Shown here piece by piece: positions 31,801 to 41,678 of a DNA stretch of 46,418 nt. Below the pieces are notes generated by a model. That model was given only the letters and a program-made list of their open reading frames with translations, did not search any database and had not been told where the DNA came from. Positions within the stretch are counted from its first letter, which is position 1, and every line of letters starts with the position of its first letter. Where the stretch lies: contig JAANOX010000206.1 in NCBI GenBank assembly GCA_020184695.1, forward strand, positions 1-46,418. The letters are read 5' to 3'. Both the position numbers and the translations under genes were made by a program. This stretch comes from Histomonas meleagridis 2922-C6/04-290x. Taxonomy: Eukaryota; Protista; Parabasalia.

Positions 31801-33771
31801 ATGAAAAGAAAGAATACAAAGCATAGATTAGTCCCATTAGAAACGCTCTACCCTAATCGCCCTCCAAAGCAACAAACTACAAGAAAAATTCATTTTCAAA
31901 ACCCTGGAGTATCAAGCGAAATTCCAGAAAAAACCGAAGAAAATAATTCAGTTCGATATCTTCAAGCAAAAAAAATTCACCAAAATATCTTATCTCTTTC
32001 TACACCACTTAAAGAAATCGAAGATGATACTAAATTTATTGTAAATACCATGAATTATGCACTTCAAGTTCCTAAAGCCATAAACATTACATTCAATCGT
32101 ATTCATGGTCGTCTTTATGACATTCAGCGTGAAATCGAAGAGTTTTCCACTGATAATTTAGATAAACATGCTGTTACTATTCAATCCAAATTCAGATCCT
32201 TTTCCAGCAAGCAACATTATAATGTTATTCTTAATGCTGTTCATAACACCATACGACGTGATTGTTCTGCAATTCATGAATCACTTCTTGGATTTTTTCT
32301 TGCGTATTCAAAGCGTGATGATCATTTTCGTGTTCTTCTTAATCGACACTTTGTAAATCAAAGTCGTAATGCACTTAAACATTGGCGTGATTGGTCAATT
32401 GAATCACATGAAGCCACCAACAAAATCAAACATGATGTCCTATTAATGCAACGAAGTTGGCTTGATCAACATTGCAAAGTATTTCTCCGGAAATGGAAAT
32501 ACATCAGTTTTTCGAAGCATTCGCGAAAGGCACTTTTCCGTTTACATCAAATGATAAGTGAAGAAGCGCAAAAACGTGTTGTAGAAAAGACTTCGAATAG
32601 TGATTTTAATGAGTCTGATAATTCTCTTTTAGAGCTTTTAAAAATTGAGAAACGAAATGTTATAATTGAAATTGGGAATAAGAATCATGAAAATCATTTA
32701 AAAAATTTTATATTTAAAACATGGATAATATATGTTAAACGATGTAAAGATGCTTCTAAACGAGCGAATGCAATTGCGCGCTCATTTTGGATAAATCGTC
32801 GAAAACGAAATTTTTTCGATGCATGGTATTCATTAAGTGTTGGACGTATTATAGTCTTTGGTGGCTTCAAACGATGGAAGCGACCACAGAATAAGTATAA
32901 AATTCTTTATCATGATAATTTTACTTTAATGAAAAATGTGATTCAATCATGGAAATATTTATGTGATAAACGAAAGAAAGTAAATGAATTCATAAGAAAA
33001 CATGAGAAAATATTTTTAAGAAATTGTTTTTTGGAATATAAAAGAGTTATTTTCGAAAGAAAAGAACGAATTTCGCAAATGTTCGAAGGTTATATCGATT
33101 CACTTCGAAAGCGTCTACGTAAATCTTTTCGTGCATGGTATTATTATACGACAAAAGAAAAAGTACGAAAAGAACCATATAAATTCATATTAGAAAGATC
33201 GAAACTAAAAAATGAACGATTCATAATCCGCCAAAGTTTTCGCAGATGGAAAATTAAGTTTATTCAACATCAATCAAATCGATTATATTTAGAATCAAAT
33301 GAAATCGATTCATTTATATTTAATTGGAAATCTGCTGGTGATGAAATGGAACAATCACTTGAAATAATTAATAACTTAAATGCGAAATTACGAAATGAAA
33401 TCGAAAAAAGAAAAAATGACCTCAATAGAAGTATAAAACGTATTAACTTTATGAAGAATGAACAAAAATCACTTTCTTTCGCTATGAAAAATATTGCAAT
33501 AGAAATACAAAATTTGCATAAAATCGTTGGGAAATCAACAATTGGATATTTCTTAGACATAAGACCGATCCAAATGAATGCAGTCGATAATGCACCAGAA
33601 GCATTAAATAATTATCTAAAGAAAATGGAATTGGATAAACAAAATTCAATAGAAAAAAAGAAAAAAATGGAAAATCCAAATAAAGATCAAGATATACCAA
33701 TAAGAAGAAGAAATGATTCAAGTTTAAGATTAAGTTTTAATGGAAATCAACGAAAATTTTTTGGTTCTTAA
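31801..33771 (+). CDS. Sfi1-like repeat coiled-coil protein (candidate centrin-binding)
   Basis: Recurrent (F/L)xxW motifs (LKHW, LRKW, FKTW, FDAW, IQSW, FRAW, FRRW), one IQ-like motif (TIQSKFRSF), C-terminal coiled coil. Confidence 0.5.
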   Translation: MKRKNTKHRLVPLETLYPNRPPKQQTTRKIHFQNPGVSSEIPEKTEENNSVRYLQAKKIHQNILSLSTPLKEIEDDTKFIVNTMNYALQVPKAINITFNRIHGRLYDIQREIEEFSTDNLDKHAVTIQSKFRSFSSKQHYNVILNAVHNTIRRDCSAIHESLLGFFLAYSKRDDHFRVLLNRHFVNQSRNALKHWRDWSIESHEATNKIKHDVLLMQRSWLDQHCKVFLRKWKYISFSKHSRKALFRLHQMISEEAQKRVVEKTSNSDFNESDNSLLELLKIEKRNVIIEIGNKNHENHLKNFIFKTWIIYVKRCKDASKRANAIARSFWINRRKRNFFDAWYSLSVGRIIVFGGFKRWKRPQNKYKILYHDNFTLMKNVIQSWKYLCDKRKKVNEFIRKHEKIFLRNCFLEYKRVIFERKERISQMFEGYIDSLRKRLRKSFRAWYYYTTKEKVRKEPYKFILERSKLKNERFIIRQSFRRWKIKFIQHQSNRLYLESNEIDSFIFNWKSAGDEMEQSLEIINNLNAKLRNEIEKRKNDLNRSIKRINFMKNEQKSLSFAMKNIAIEIQNLHKIVGKSTIGYFLDIRPIQMNAVDNAPEALNNYLKKMELDKQNSIEKKKKMENPNKDQDIPIRRRNDSSLRLSFNGNQRKFFGS

Positions 33772-33907
33772 TGAATAAAATTGTTTGTAAATTTAATGCA
33801 CTTTTTTAGATTGTATTGTTTATTTATAATAGGAAGAGCCATTGGCACTTTTCGATCAGATTGAGAGGCTTTGTTCGATTTATCAGAAATTCGTAGAGGT
33901 GTTCAAG

Positions 33908-36517
33908 ATGCTAACACATAAAACGCAGTTGTTACACACTCGCCGAGGAAATGTAATACGTCTATCACGTGAGCACTATCTTCGAGAAGATATTGATTGT
34001 CGACTTCCAAATTTTTCAGAAAATCCTTTTACAACTCCAGATGCAGAATATGTTCTTGTTCTTTCTTCAGAAACTATTCTAAATCAAATGGATGCTCTTC
34101 AAGATGACAATATGAAAAATATTTTATTTTTACAGACAATATATGAAACAGTTCGAACTAAATCAAGAGCAACTATAAATAGACTTGATCGTCTAATTCG
34201 TACTCCAGAAAAGCATTTTTCTGTTTTTGCAAATGAACATTATAAGAAAACATATGTAGAACAAACAGAATCAATGACTACACAAGAACATCATCAATTA
34301 TTAATACTTAAAGCACTTGAATTCTTATCATCCATATTTCCAATTATTTATTTAACAAACACAGAAAAAGATTATGAAGAAATGAAATTAATTTCAGGTG
34401 ATTCAACTCCATTTACAATTGATACAATACATCATTGGGCAGACAACAATGAGTCATTAGCCAATCGTCTTACAGCGCCCGATGCCATCAATGCAGATGA
34501 GATTCAATATGAAGATCATTTATCTGCTCTTGAAGTTCATAAATTAGTAGATCAAGGTAATGCATTTGTAGGGACATTTTCTCTCTCACAATTTTCTCGA
34601 GAAGAAGCTACTGTTCGTACTCAAAAGAATGGAGAGATAATAATTCAAAATAAATTAAATCAAAACAGAGCAATTGAAGGTGACATGGTCGCAGTCCAAC
34701 TCCTTCCGGAAGAGAAATTTCTTGTTGTTGGTGACACTAAGTTCCCTACAGGCAAAGTTATCGCCATCATGAAGCCTGCAAGCCGCATCATTTGCGGAAC
34801 GATACAACAACCGCCGACGGTTACCAACGATTGGCAAAACGTTCTCGTTGTACCACATGAGCCATCGTTACCAAAGATTCGCATACGTACCCGTATAGTT
34901 AACCAGCTTCTAGGATGCCGTGTCCAAGTAGCCATTGATGGTTGGGCTAAAAACTCACGATATCCAAATGGACATTATATTGCTACAATTGGTACATCAG
35001 GCGATATCCAAACCGAGAGTGAAGTTATCCTTCTTACACATCAAATTCCACATAATAGTTTCCCACCAGCAGTTATCGAATGTTTACCACCTGCAGATTA
35101 TCAACCAACAGAAGAAGAAATTAGCAATAGACGAGACCTTAGAGATCGTTGTGTTGTTTCCATTGATCCACCAGGTTGTGTTGATATTGATGATGCATTA
35201 CATTTCAAAGATATTTCCGATACCGAATGTGAAGTTGGCATTCACATTGCCGATGTTTCTTATTTTGTTCGAGAGGGCACAGCCATTGATTTAGAAGCAC
35301 GAGAACGAGGCACCACAGTATATCTCACCGAGAAGCGCATTAACATGTTGCCAAGTTTGCTCAGTGAGAACTTATGTTCACTGATGGGCGGCATTGAGCG
35401 CTTTGCGTTCTCCGTAGTTGCGATTTTAGATAAGCGGACAGCCGAAACCAAAGACATCTGGTTTGGTCGCACGATTATCTTAAATCGCGACTCAATGTCA
35501 TATCAAAAGGCCCAACAACTTGTCGAAGATGAGAATGATCATAGTGAAATAGCTGAAGGCATTCGACAATTATTATATTTATCACGTATAATGAAGCAAA
35601 AGCGATTTGATGCCGGCGCACTTAAGTTGTCATCACCGCAGTTACACTTTGTATTAGACTCTGAAACTCATGAACCATTACGGGGCGAATTGTATGAACA
35701 TTTGGAAGTCAATTCGCTTGTCGAAGAGTTTATGTTATATGCGAACATTGAAGTTGCGAAGCGCATTTATCAAGTTTTCCCTCAGTCGGCGATGTTGCGA
35801 AGACATGAGCCACCATTAGCTGCTCGGTTTGACTTTCTGAATCGCGCTTTGAAGCGATTCCATTTGCACATTGATCCCGAATCGAACAAAACGCTTACGG
35901 AGACTTTGGATAACGTTGGTGAGAAGGAGAAGTCACTTGACGAAATCGTACGAATCATGACGACACGTTGCATGCAATTTGCGAAGTATTTTGCATCTGG
36001 TACGCAAAGTTATGATAACTTCCGCCACTTCGGTCTCGCGATGCCAATTTACACACATTTCACATCGCCGATTCGAAGGTACTCCGATCTGATAGTGCAC
36101 CGCCAATTAGCGATTGCGTGCGGATATGAAAACGTATCGAACGAATTGTCTTCGAAACAATTTGTTGAAGGGATCGCTGAGAATTTGAACTATCGACACC
36201 GGATGGCGCAGGAGGCCGGAAGAGACTCCGCGCAGCTGTTCATGATGGAGCTGCTCAGGAAGACGCCGGGCAAAGTGGAGGAAGGAAAGGTGATAAGGAT
36301 AAAGCCGACGGTGTTCGTGGTGCTCATAGAGAAGTACGGCGTCGACGGACATATACACGTCGATGGAGACAAGTGGCGATTCAACGAGGACGAGGAATGC
36401 CTCTGCTCGGAGGAGAGAGTGATAAGGATATTCGATACGGTGCGTGTAAGAGTAAACGTAACACCAATGAACATGCACGGAAGAAGCAGACTCGACTTGG
36501 AGCTCGTGAACGAGTGA
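33908..36517 (+). CDS. DIS3: Exosome-associated exoribonuclease DIS3/RRP44 family (RNB domain)
   Basis: REHYLREDI, NRAIEGDMVAV, SIDPPGCVDIDDALH, NSLVEEFMLYAN, HFGLAMPIYTHFTSPIRRYSDLIVHRQL, S1 tail. Confidence 0.92.
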   Translation: MLTHKTQLLHTRRGNVIRLSREHYLREDIDCRLPNFSENPFTTPDAEYVLVLSSETILNQMDALQDDNMKNILFLQTIYETVRTKSRATINRLDRLIRTPEKHFSVFANEHYKKTYVEQTESMTTQEHHQLLILKALEFLSSIFPIIYLTNTEKDYEEMKLISGDSTPFTIDTIHHWADNNESLANRLTAPDAINADEIQYEDHLSALEVHKLVDQGNAFVGTFSLSQFSREEATVRTQKNGEIIIQNKLNQNRAIEGDMVAVQLLPEEKFLVVGDTKFPTGKVIAIMKPASRIICGTIQQPPTVTNDWQNVLVVPHEPSLPKIRIRTRIVNQLLGCRVQVAIDGWAKNSRYPNGHYIATIGTSGDIQTESEVILLTHQIPHNSFPPAVIECLPPADYQPTEEEISNRRDLRDRCVVSIDPPGCVDIDDALHFKDISDTECEVGIHIADVSYFVREGTAIDLEARERGTTVYLTEKRINMLPSLLSENLCSLMGGIERFAFSVVAILDKRTAETKDIWFGRTIILNRDSMSYQKAQQLVEDENDHSEIAEGIRQLLYLSRIMKQKRFDAGALKLSSPQLHFVLDSETHEPLRGELYEHLEVNSLVEEFMLYANIEVAKRIYQVFPQSAMLRRHEPPLAARFDFLNRALKRFHLHIDPESNKTLTETLDNVGEKEKSLDEIVRIMTTRCMQFAKYFASGTQSYDNFRHFGLAMPIYTHFTSPIRRYSDLIVHRQLAIACGYENVSNELSSKQFVEGIAENLNYRHRMAQEAGRDSAQLFMMELLRKTPGKVEEGKVIRIKPTVFVVLIEKYGVDGHIHVDGDKWRFNEDEECLCSEERVIRIFDTVRVRVNVTPMNMHGRSRLDLELVNE

Positions 36518-36933
36518 ATGGGCTTTTTGACTATATAAATAAATTGAAAGTTGTCATATTTGAAATTGGATTCGTTGAATAAACTTTAGAATTCATCGAA
36601 GGAAACGCTAATGTGCACTGGGAAGTAACGTGCTATGGATGAAAATGTATATGAATGTTGGTGCTCGTGTGTAACAGATAATATTGGGTAGTGGACACCA
36701 GTAAAAAATTAGGTAGCAAACTACAATACAGATTTTTGTGTATGAACATGTTCAACTATGCTTTTACTGTTAATCACTATTAAGATATCTTTATGCAATA
36801 CAATATCGAAGAGCCTCGTTACTATTATATTTATTATGGTTTGTGTAAACAACCTCAACTTCAAGAAAGAACTTGTTTGTAAAGCATTCCACATGAAGAA
36901 TCTGCCTAGCACAAAGCCAAATTACTTTCCAAA

Positions 36934-37160
36934 ATGAGTCACCCCAATGTCATAATATACATTGACTATTTTTTAATCAAAAAAAGATGACGTATATATC
37001 GTTTAAGAATTTGCAGATGATAAAGATCTACAATAATATCTTAAAAATCCCCACGAACTGTCCGAAATACAAGTTATACAAAAGATATTGTTCACATGCT
37101 CAAAACATTTTACAGCGTGATTTTAAAAGTCAACAGATAAACATTCTGAATCATCATCAC
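36934..37160 (+). pseudogene. Protein kinase remnant (NEK-like)
   Basis: SHPNVIIYIDYF...VYIV*EFADDKDLQ*YL and NILQRDFKSQ resemble kinase subdomains IV-VIb; several stops and shifts. Confidence 0.55.
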
Positions 37161-37594
37161 CAAGAAATAATGAAACATGAACAAACTATGTGAATCATTT
37201 GATGAACTTGAACAAGGCATCTTGAAAAATAACACTTGTAGTATTCATAAATCAAAGCAAAATATCAAAGAAGTTCCAGTAATTATCATTTATGTTATTA
37301 AAAATTAAAATGTGTTAAACATTTATAACAAATTTCTAATTGGAATTTTTCTTGGGTCACGTTATAATCATGTTAGGTGCATTGAACGAAAAAATTATGT
37401 GATTTTAATAAGTTTCATATGTTTCAGTATTTCCGTCGAATTTTGACTTTACATTATTTTATGATATGCAAAATTTGAATCGGTAAGGACTATTTTTTAA
37501 GATTGCTTCATTTCTATTTCTTGTATTTGAATATTTGTTATTTATTGTTGAAAAGACTGGGTTAGAATTATCATTTGGCTATCATGATGTAAAT

Positions 37595-37732
37595 TCATGC
37601 TGAACCATATTGTTGGACATCTTGCATTATTGTAAAAATAGATTTTACATTAACATCAATTCCTTCATTCATTAAGAGCATTTTGAATATTTCTATATTA
37701 TTATATCTAACTGCAACATGGAATACTGTTTC
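37595..37732 (-). pseudogene. Solo diverged ankyrin block preceded by a spacer-like sequence
   Basis: ETVFHVAVRYNNIEIFKMLLMNEGIDVNVKS, preceded by ...taatataggaattgttttaataactt (compare the spacer end taatatttggaaattatttaaattattt). Confidence 0.6.
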
Positions 37733-38229
37733 AAGTTATTAAAACAATTCCTATATTAATATTAATATTAATAAATATATAAAATTATTAAAACAACATT
37801 AACACTTTAATCATAGTATATTCAGTATACTGAATTTGAATTTTATTGAAGATTTTATTTGATAAATTATTGGTATCGAAACCAAATTATAAAATAAAAA
37901 TACATTATGTTTGCACTTCCTCTCATCGCATTTACATGTGTTGTTCTAAAAAAATCGAATCTGATTCATTCCTAGAAATAATTTCTATTGTTGAAAACAG
38001 CTTTAACTCATCAACAAACAGAAAGTGGCAAAACATTTAATTCAAAAAGTCACTGAAGAACAGTTTAAAGGCGAAAATCCAATTGAAAATAAATATTTTT
38101 CACGTAACATTTCAGTCGCTACTATTTGTGCAGTAAGAGAACTTTTTGAGTGAAAATTCGTGTTCACATCCCACAAAATTTTGAATGATTCTAATTGAGC
38201 GGTTGCAAATTCTTCTTCACTTCACAAAG

Positions 38230-40398
38230 ATGACAGACAACATTCCGAACGAATTCCTCTGTCCAATCTCCTTGGAGATCATGAAGGACCCCGTCATTAT
38301 GCCTGATGGTCAAACGTATGAAAGAGAACAAATTGAAAAGGCATTATCTGTTAATCCAGTTTCCCCATTAACGCGTCAACCGATGAGTATGTCCGATGCC
38401 AAGACAAACTATGCACTAAAGAGTCTTATCGACAAATATCTTTCTGAACAAGCACCAAAAACGGCCGATGACGATAATGATGAATCCATTCCTGAAGTAC
38501 CAATATCGACAGCCAAAATCAATGAAATTACGTTTGACAAATTATATGCCAATTACACAGAAGATCCAAAGAATAGAAATAATAATATATTTCAAGTTGT
38601 TCTTCAACCAAATCAAGTCGAAGCACGAAAGCCAACATCGCTTATAGCATTAATTGATGTTTCTGGATCAATGTCCGGTAATTCGTGTCAAAATGTAGCT
38701 GGAATGGAAGACTTATTTTTATCACGACTTCAATTAGTACAACACGCATTAAATACCATTTTAGCGCTTCTTGGGGATGATGATTACATTACTCTCATTG
38801 CTTTTGATGACCAGGCATCAGTTGTGTTACAACCGACAAAAACAACGGCCGCAGGGAAGTCACTTGCGGGTAACGCAGTCAAATCACTTTACACTAAGGG
38901 GTGCACCAACATTTGGGATGCCCTAAGATTGGGTATTCAAAATGCCAAAAAGTTCGATGGAGAAGAATACAATATATCAATTCTTCTATTCACTGATGGA
39001 GAACCTAATGTCAATCCACCAATGGGAATAATACCAACATTGACTGAAGAACTTTCAGATATACCAAATCGTAAATTTACAATTTCATCATTTTCATTCG
39101 GATACTCAATTGATTCCGTTTTAATGGAAAACATTGCCAAACTTGGCAATGGAATTTATGGATATTGTCCTGACTGTACAATGGTTGGAACGATATTAAT
39201 TAATTATATGTCAAATCTTTTAACAACACTTTCTCCAATTGGTACAGTGGAAATCAAAGGCTCTAAGTACCAAGGAAAGCACGAGATTAGTTTGTATAAT
39301 GGAATGCCCACAAATGTTGTAATTAGTATTCCGAAAGATGCAATTTCAGACTTAGAAATTAATGTAACGATTCCAACGACAAGCCAAAGTTTTGGTGTTG
39401 ATGATATTCATGAAGCTAATTCTAATAAAGAAAAAGAAGAGATTAGAGATCAAACATATCGCTACTATTTGATACAATTAATTTCTAAATATATAAAGAA
39501 CACTAGAGCTGATCTTAATGAAGCTCTTACCGATGTTCAAAACTTCTATAGTGAAGTTGATGCAATTCAAAATCGTTCCGTTTTTCTTGATGCTCTTTTA
39601 GTTGATTTGATTAATGATGATGATAATCATGGACAAATATCAAAGTCCTTCCAAAAGAAATTCTATGAGAAATGGGGCAAAGATTATATCCGTTCTTTCT
39701 TACGTTTCCATATTGTACAACAATGTGGTAACTTCAAAGATGAAACATTAAAGTTTTATGAAGGAGAGAAATTTAAAGAAATCAGAAAAGTCGCAAATAA
39801 AATCTTCTTGAATTTACCACCACCTAAAGGAAGAGAAATTAGTCGTGATCGGAGCCAAGGCACAACTCAATTTAATAGGAGGACAATGACACGATTTTAT
39901 AATGCTAGCGCTGGTTGTTTCAATGGCGAAGCTAATGTTAGCCTTAAAGATGGTGCTAAAAAGCTTGTAAAAGACCTCAAGAAAGGTGACATACTTGAAG
40001 ACGGAGGAATTGTCCAATGTTTAATCGAAATGAAGATTAAAGGTGTTGGAACATCAAATTGCGTTGATGTGAATGGGGTGCTCCTTTCGCCCTATCACCC
40101 TATTCAAATTGAAGGAAAATGGGTATTCCCAATAACGGTTAACGATCAAAAGGTAGAAACCGTTAATTATTGGTACAATTTGGTTCTGGAAGGAAAACCT
40201 ATTGTAAGATTAAATGGAATACCTGCAATAACTTTAGGACATAACATGGAAGAGGGTGTATTGAAACATCCTTACTTTGGTACTGATGCTGTTATTAATG
40301 CATTGAAGAAATACGATACTTATGAAGAAGGAAAAATATCAATCGATGAACCAACAGCAACTCGTGATGAGTCAGGTCTAATTTCAACATACTTTTAA
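38230..40398 (+). CDS. U-box + vWA + Vwaint + Vint (Hint-like) protein
   Basis: U-box FLCPISLEIMKDPV...GQTYER; MIDAS DVSGS and LFTDG; KWGKDY...QQCGNFKD; Hint start AG-CF; LSPYHPI, WYNLVL, TLGHN, HPYFGT. Confidence 0.88.
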   Translation: MTDNIPNEFLCPISLEIMKDPVIMPDGQTYEREQIEKALSVNPVSPLTRQPMSMSDAKTNYALKSLIDKYLSEQAPKTADDDNDESIPEVPISTAKINEITFDKLYANYTEDPKNRNNNIFQVVLQPNQVEARKPTSLIALIDVSGSMSGNSCQNVAGMEDLFLSRLQLVQHALNTILALLGDDDYITLIAFDDQASVVLQPTKTTAAGKSLAGNAVKSLYTKGCTNIWDALRLGIQNAKKFDGEEYNISILLFTDGEPNVNPPMGIIPTLTEELSDIPNRKFTISSFSFGYSIDSVLMENIAKLGNGIYGYCPDCTMVGTILINYMSNLLTTLSPIGTVEIKGSKYQGKHEISLYNGMPTNVVISIPKDAISDLEINVTIPTTSQSFGVDDIHEANSNKEKEEIRDQTYRYYLIQLISKYIKNTRADLNEALTDVQNFYSEVDAIQNRSVFLDALLVDLINDDDNHGQISKSFQKKFYEKWGKDYIRSFLRFHIVQQCGNFKDETLKFYEGEKFKEIRKVANKIFLNLPPPKGREISRDRSQGTTQFNRRTMTRFYNASAGCFNGEANVSLKDGAKKLVKDLKKGDILEDGGIVQCLIEMKIKGVGTSNCVDVNGVLLSPYHPIQIEGKWVFPITVNDQKVETVNYWYNLVLEGKPIVRLNGIPAITLGHNMEEGVLKHPYFGTDAVINALKKYDTYEEGKISIDEPTATRDESGLISTYF

Positions 40399-40964
40399 CT
40401 TAAAAGTTCAAAGTATTTTTTTCTTGCTTCGAATCTCTATTTTAATAAGATTTATAGGGTAAGCTATCGAAGGGCGCTACGTGCAAAAGTATTTTCTTTG
40501 ATATAAAAAATTATTGTTATTTTTATTTCTTAATTTTTATGATTAATATTTTTTTAATGTGCTCCAGTCGAACAATTTTTTTATAGAAGATTAAACATTT
40601 ATTTGAGATGTTTGGATAAAATTTGTATTAATTAATTTTGAAAAATTCAATTTCTAAATCGAAATATATAATTTGTTTGATAACTGAAGATGAAATATTA
40701 AAACAATATTTACATCATGCATTTCAAACAAGGAAAAAAAGGAGTAAAATTTTGGTGATATCACCTACAATTCGATCAATTATATTTTCGGTTTATCTCA
40801 AAATTCAAATAATTATTCAAAAATTTTTGAAACATATTCATAAAAAGTGCAAAAAACGGAATTTTTGCCCTTGAATTATCGAAAATTTCCTTAACCCCTG
40901 AAAAATGAGGCAACGGTTGCAACCGTTCAATATTTTTATCAAACCTCAAATCACTTCACTTTTA

Positions 40965-41594
40965 ATGTACCCAGGTCAACCAGGTTATCCACAACAACCA
41001 GGCTATCCTCAGCAGCCAGGTTATCCACAGCAGCCAGGATACCCACAACCAGGCTATCCACAGCAACCAGGATACCCACAACAACCAGGATATCCTCAAC
41101 AACCAGGTTATCCACAACAACCAGGTTATCCACAACAACCAGGTTATCCACAACAACCAGGATACCCACAACCAGGCTATCCACAACAACCAGGATATCC
41201 ACAACAGCCAGGTTATCCACAACAACCAGGATACCCACAACCAGGCTATCCACAACCAGGATTTCCTTTCCCACCCCCACCAGGCCCACCTCCACCACAT
41301 CATCACCCAGAACCCAAGCCTGAGCCTCCTAAGCCACCTGAACCAGTTTGCAACCACGAGTTCTTCATGCATCAATGCAAGTTCTGTGGAAAGAAGGAAT
41401 GTGACGTAAAGGGATGCCAAAACTTCTGCTGCGGTAAGTGTACCGTTTGTGGAAAACTTGAATGCGTCGCCAAGGGAAGATGCGTCAACTTCATCTGCGG
41501 AAAATGCACTGCTTGCGGAAAGCCAGAATGCGAGACCACAGGAAAGCACAACATTATCTGCGGTAAATGCACAATGTGCAACAGAAAATTCTAA
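40965..41594 (+). CDS. ([11 protein letters not shown])x16 low-complexity protein with a Cys-rich CxxC repeat C-terminus
   Basis: ATG after tcacttcact; synonymous variation among repeats shows they are coding; repeated CGKCTxCGKxEC units. Confidence 0.8.
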   Translation: MYPGQPGYPQQPGYPQQPGYPQQPGYPQPGYPQQPGYPQQPGYPQQPGYPQQPGYPQQPGYPQQPGYPQPGYPQQPGYPQQPGYPQQPGYPQPGYPQPGFPFPPPPGPPPPHHHPEPKPEPPKPPEPVCNHEFFMHQCKFCGKKECDVKGCQNFCCGKCTVCGKLECVAKGRCVNFICGKCTACGKPECETTGKHNIICGKCTMCNRKF

Positions 41595-41678
41595 AAACTC
41601 AGTTTTTTAGAAATTTTTTTTTCATTTTTCACCTAACATTTCTTTGACAAATTATTTATTGAAAAAGTCGCTCTTAAA

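Noticed and set aside
40951-41581. Antisense ORFs (VVVDNL and WITWLL repeats)
   Set aside because: Shadows of the PGYPQQ gene on the opposite strand.
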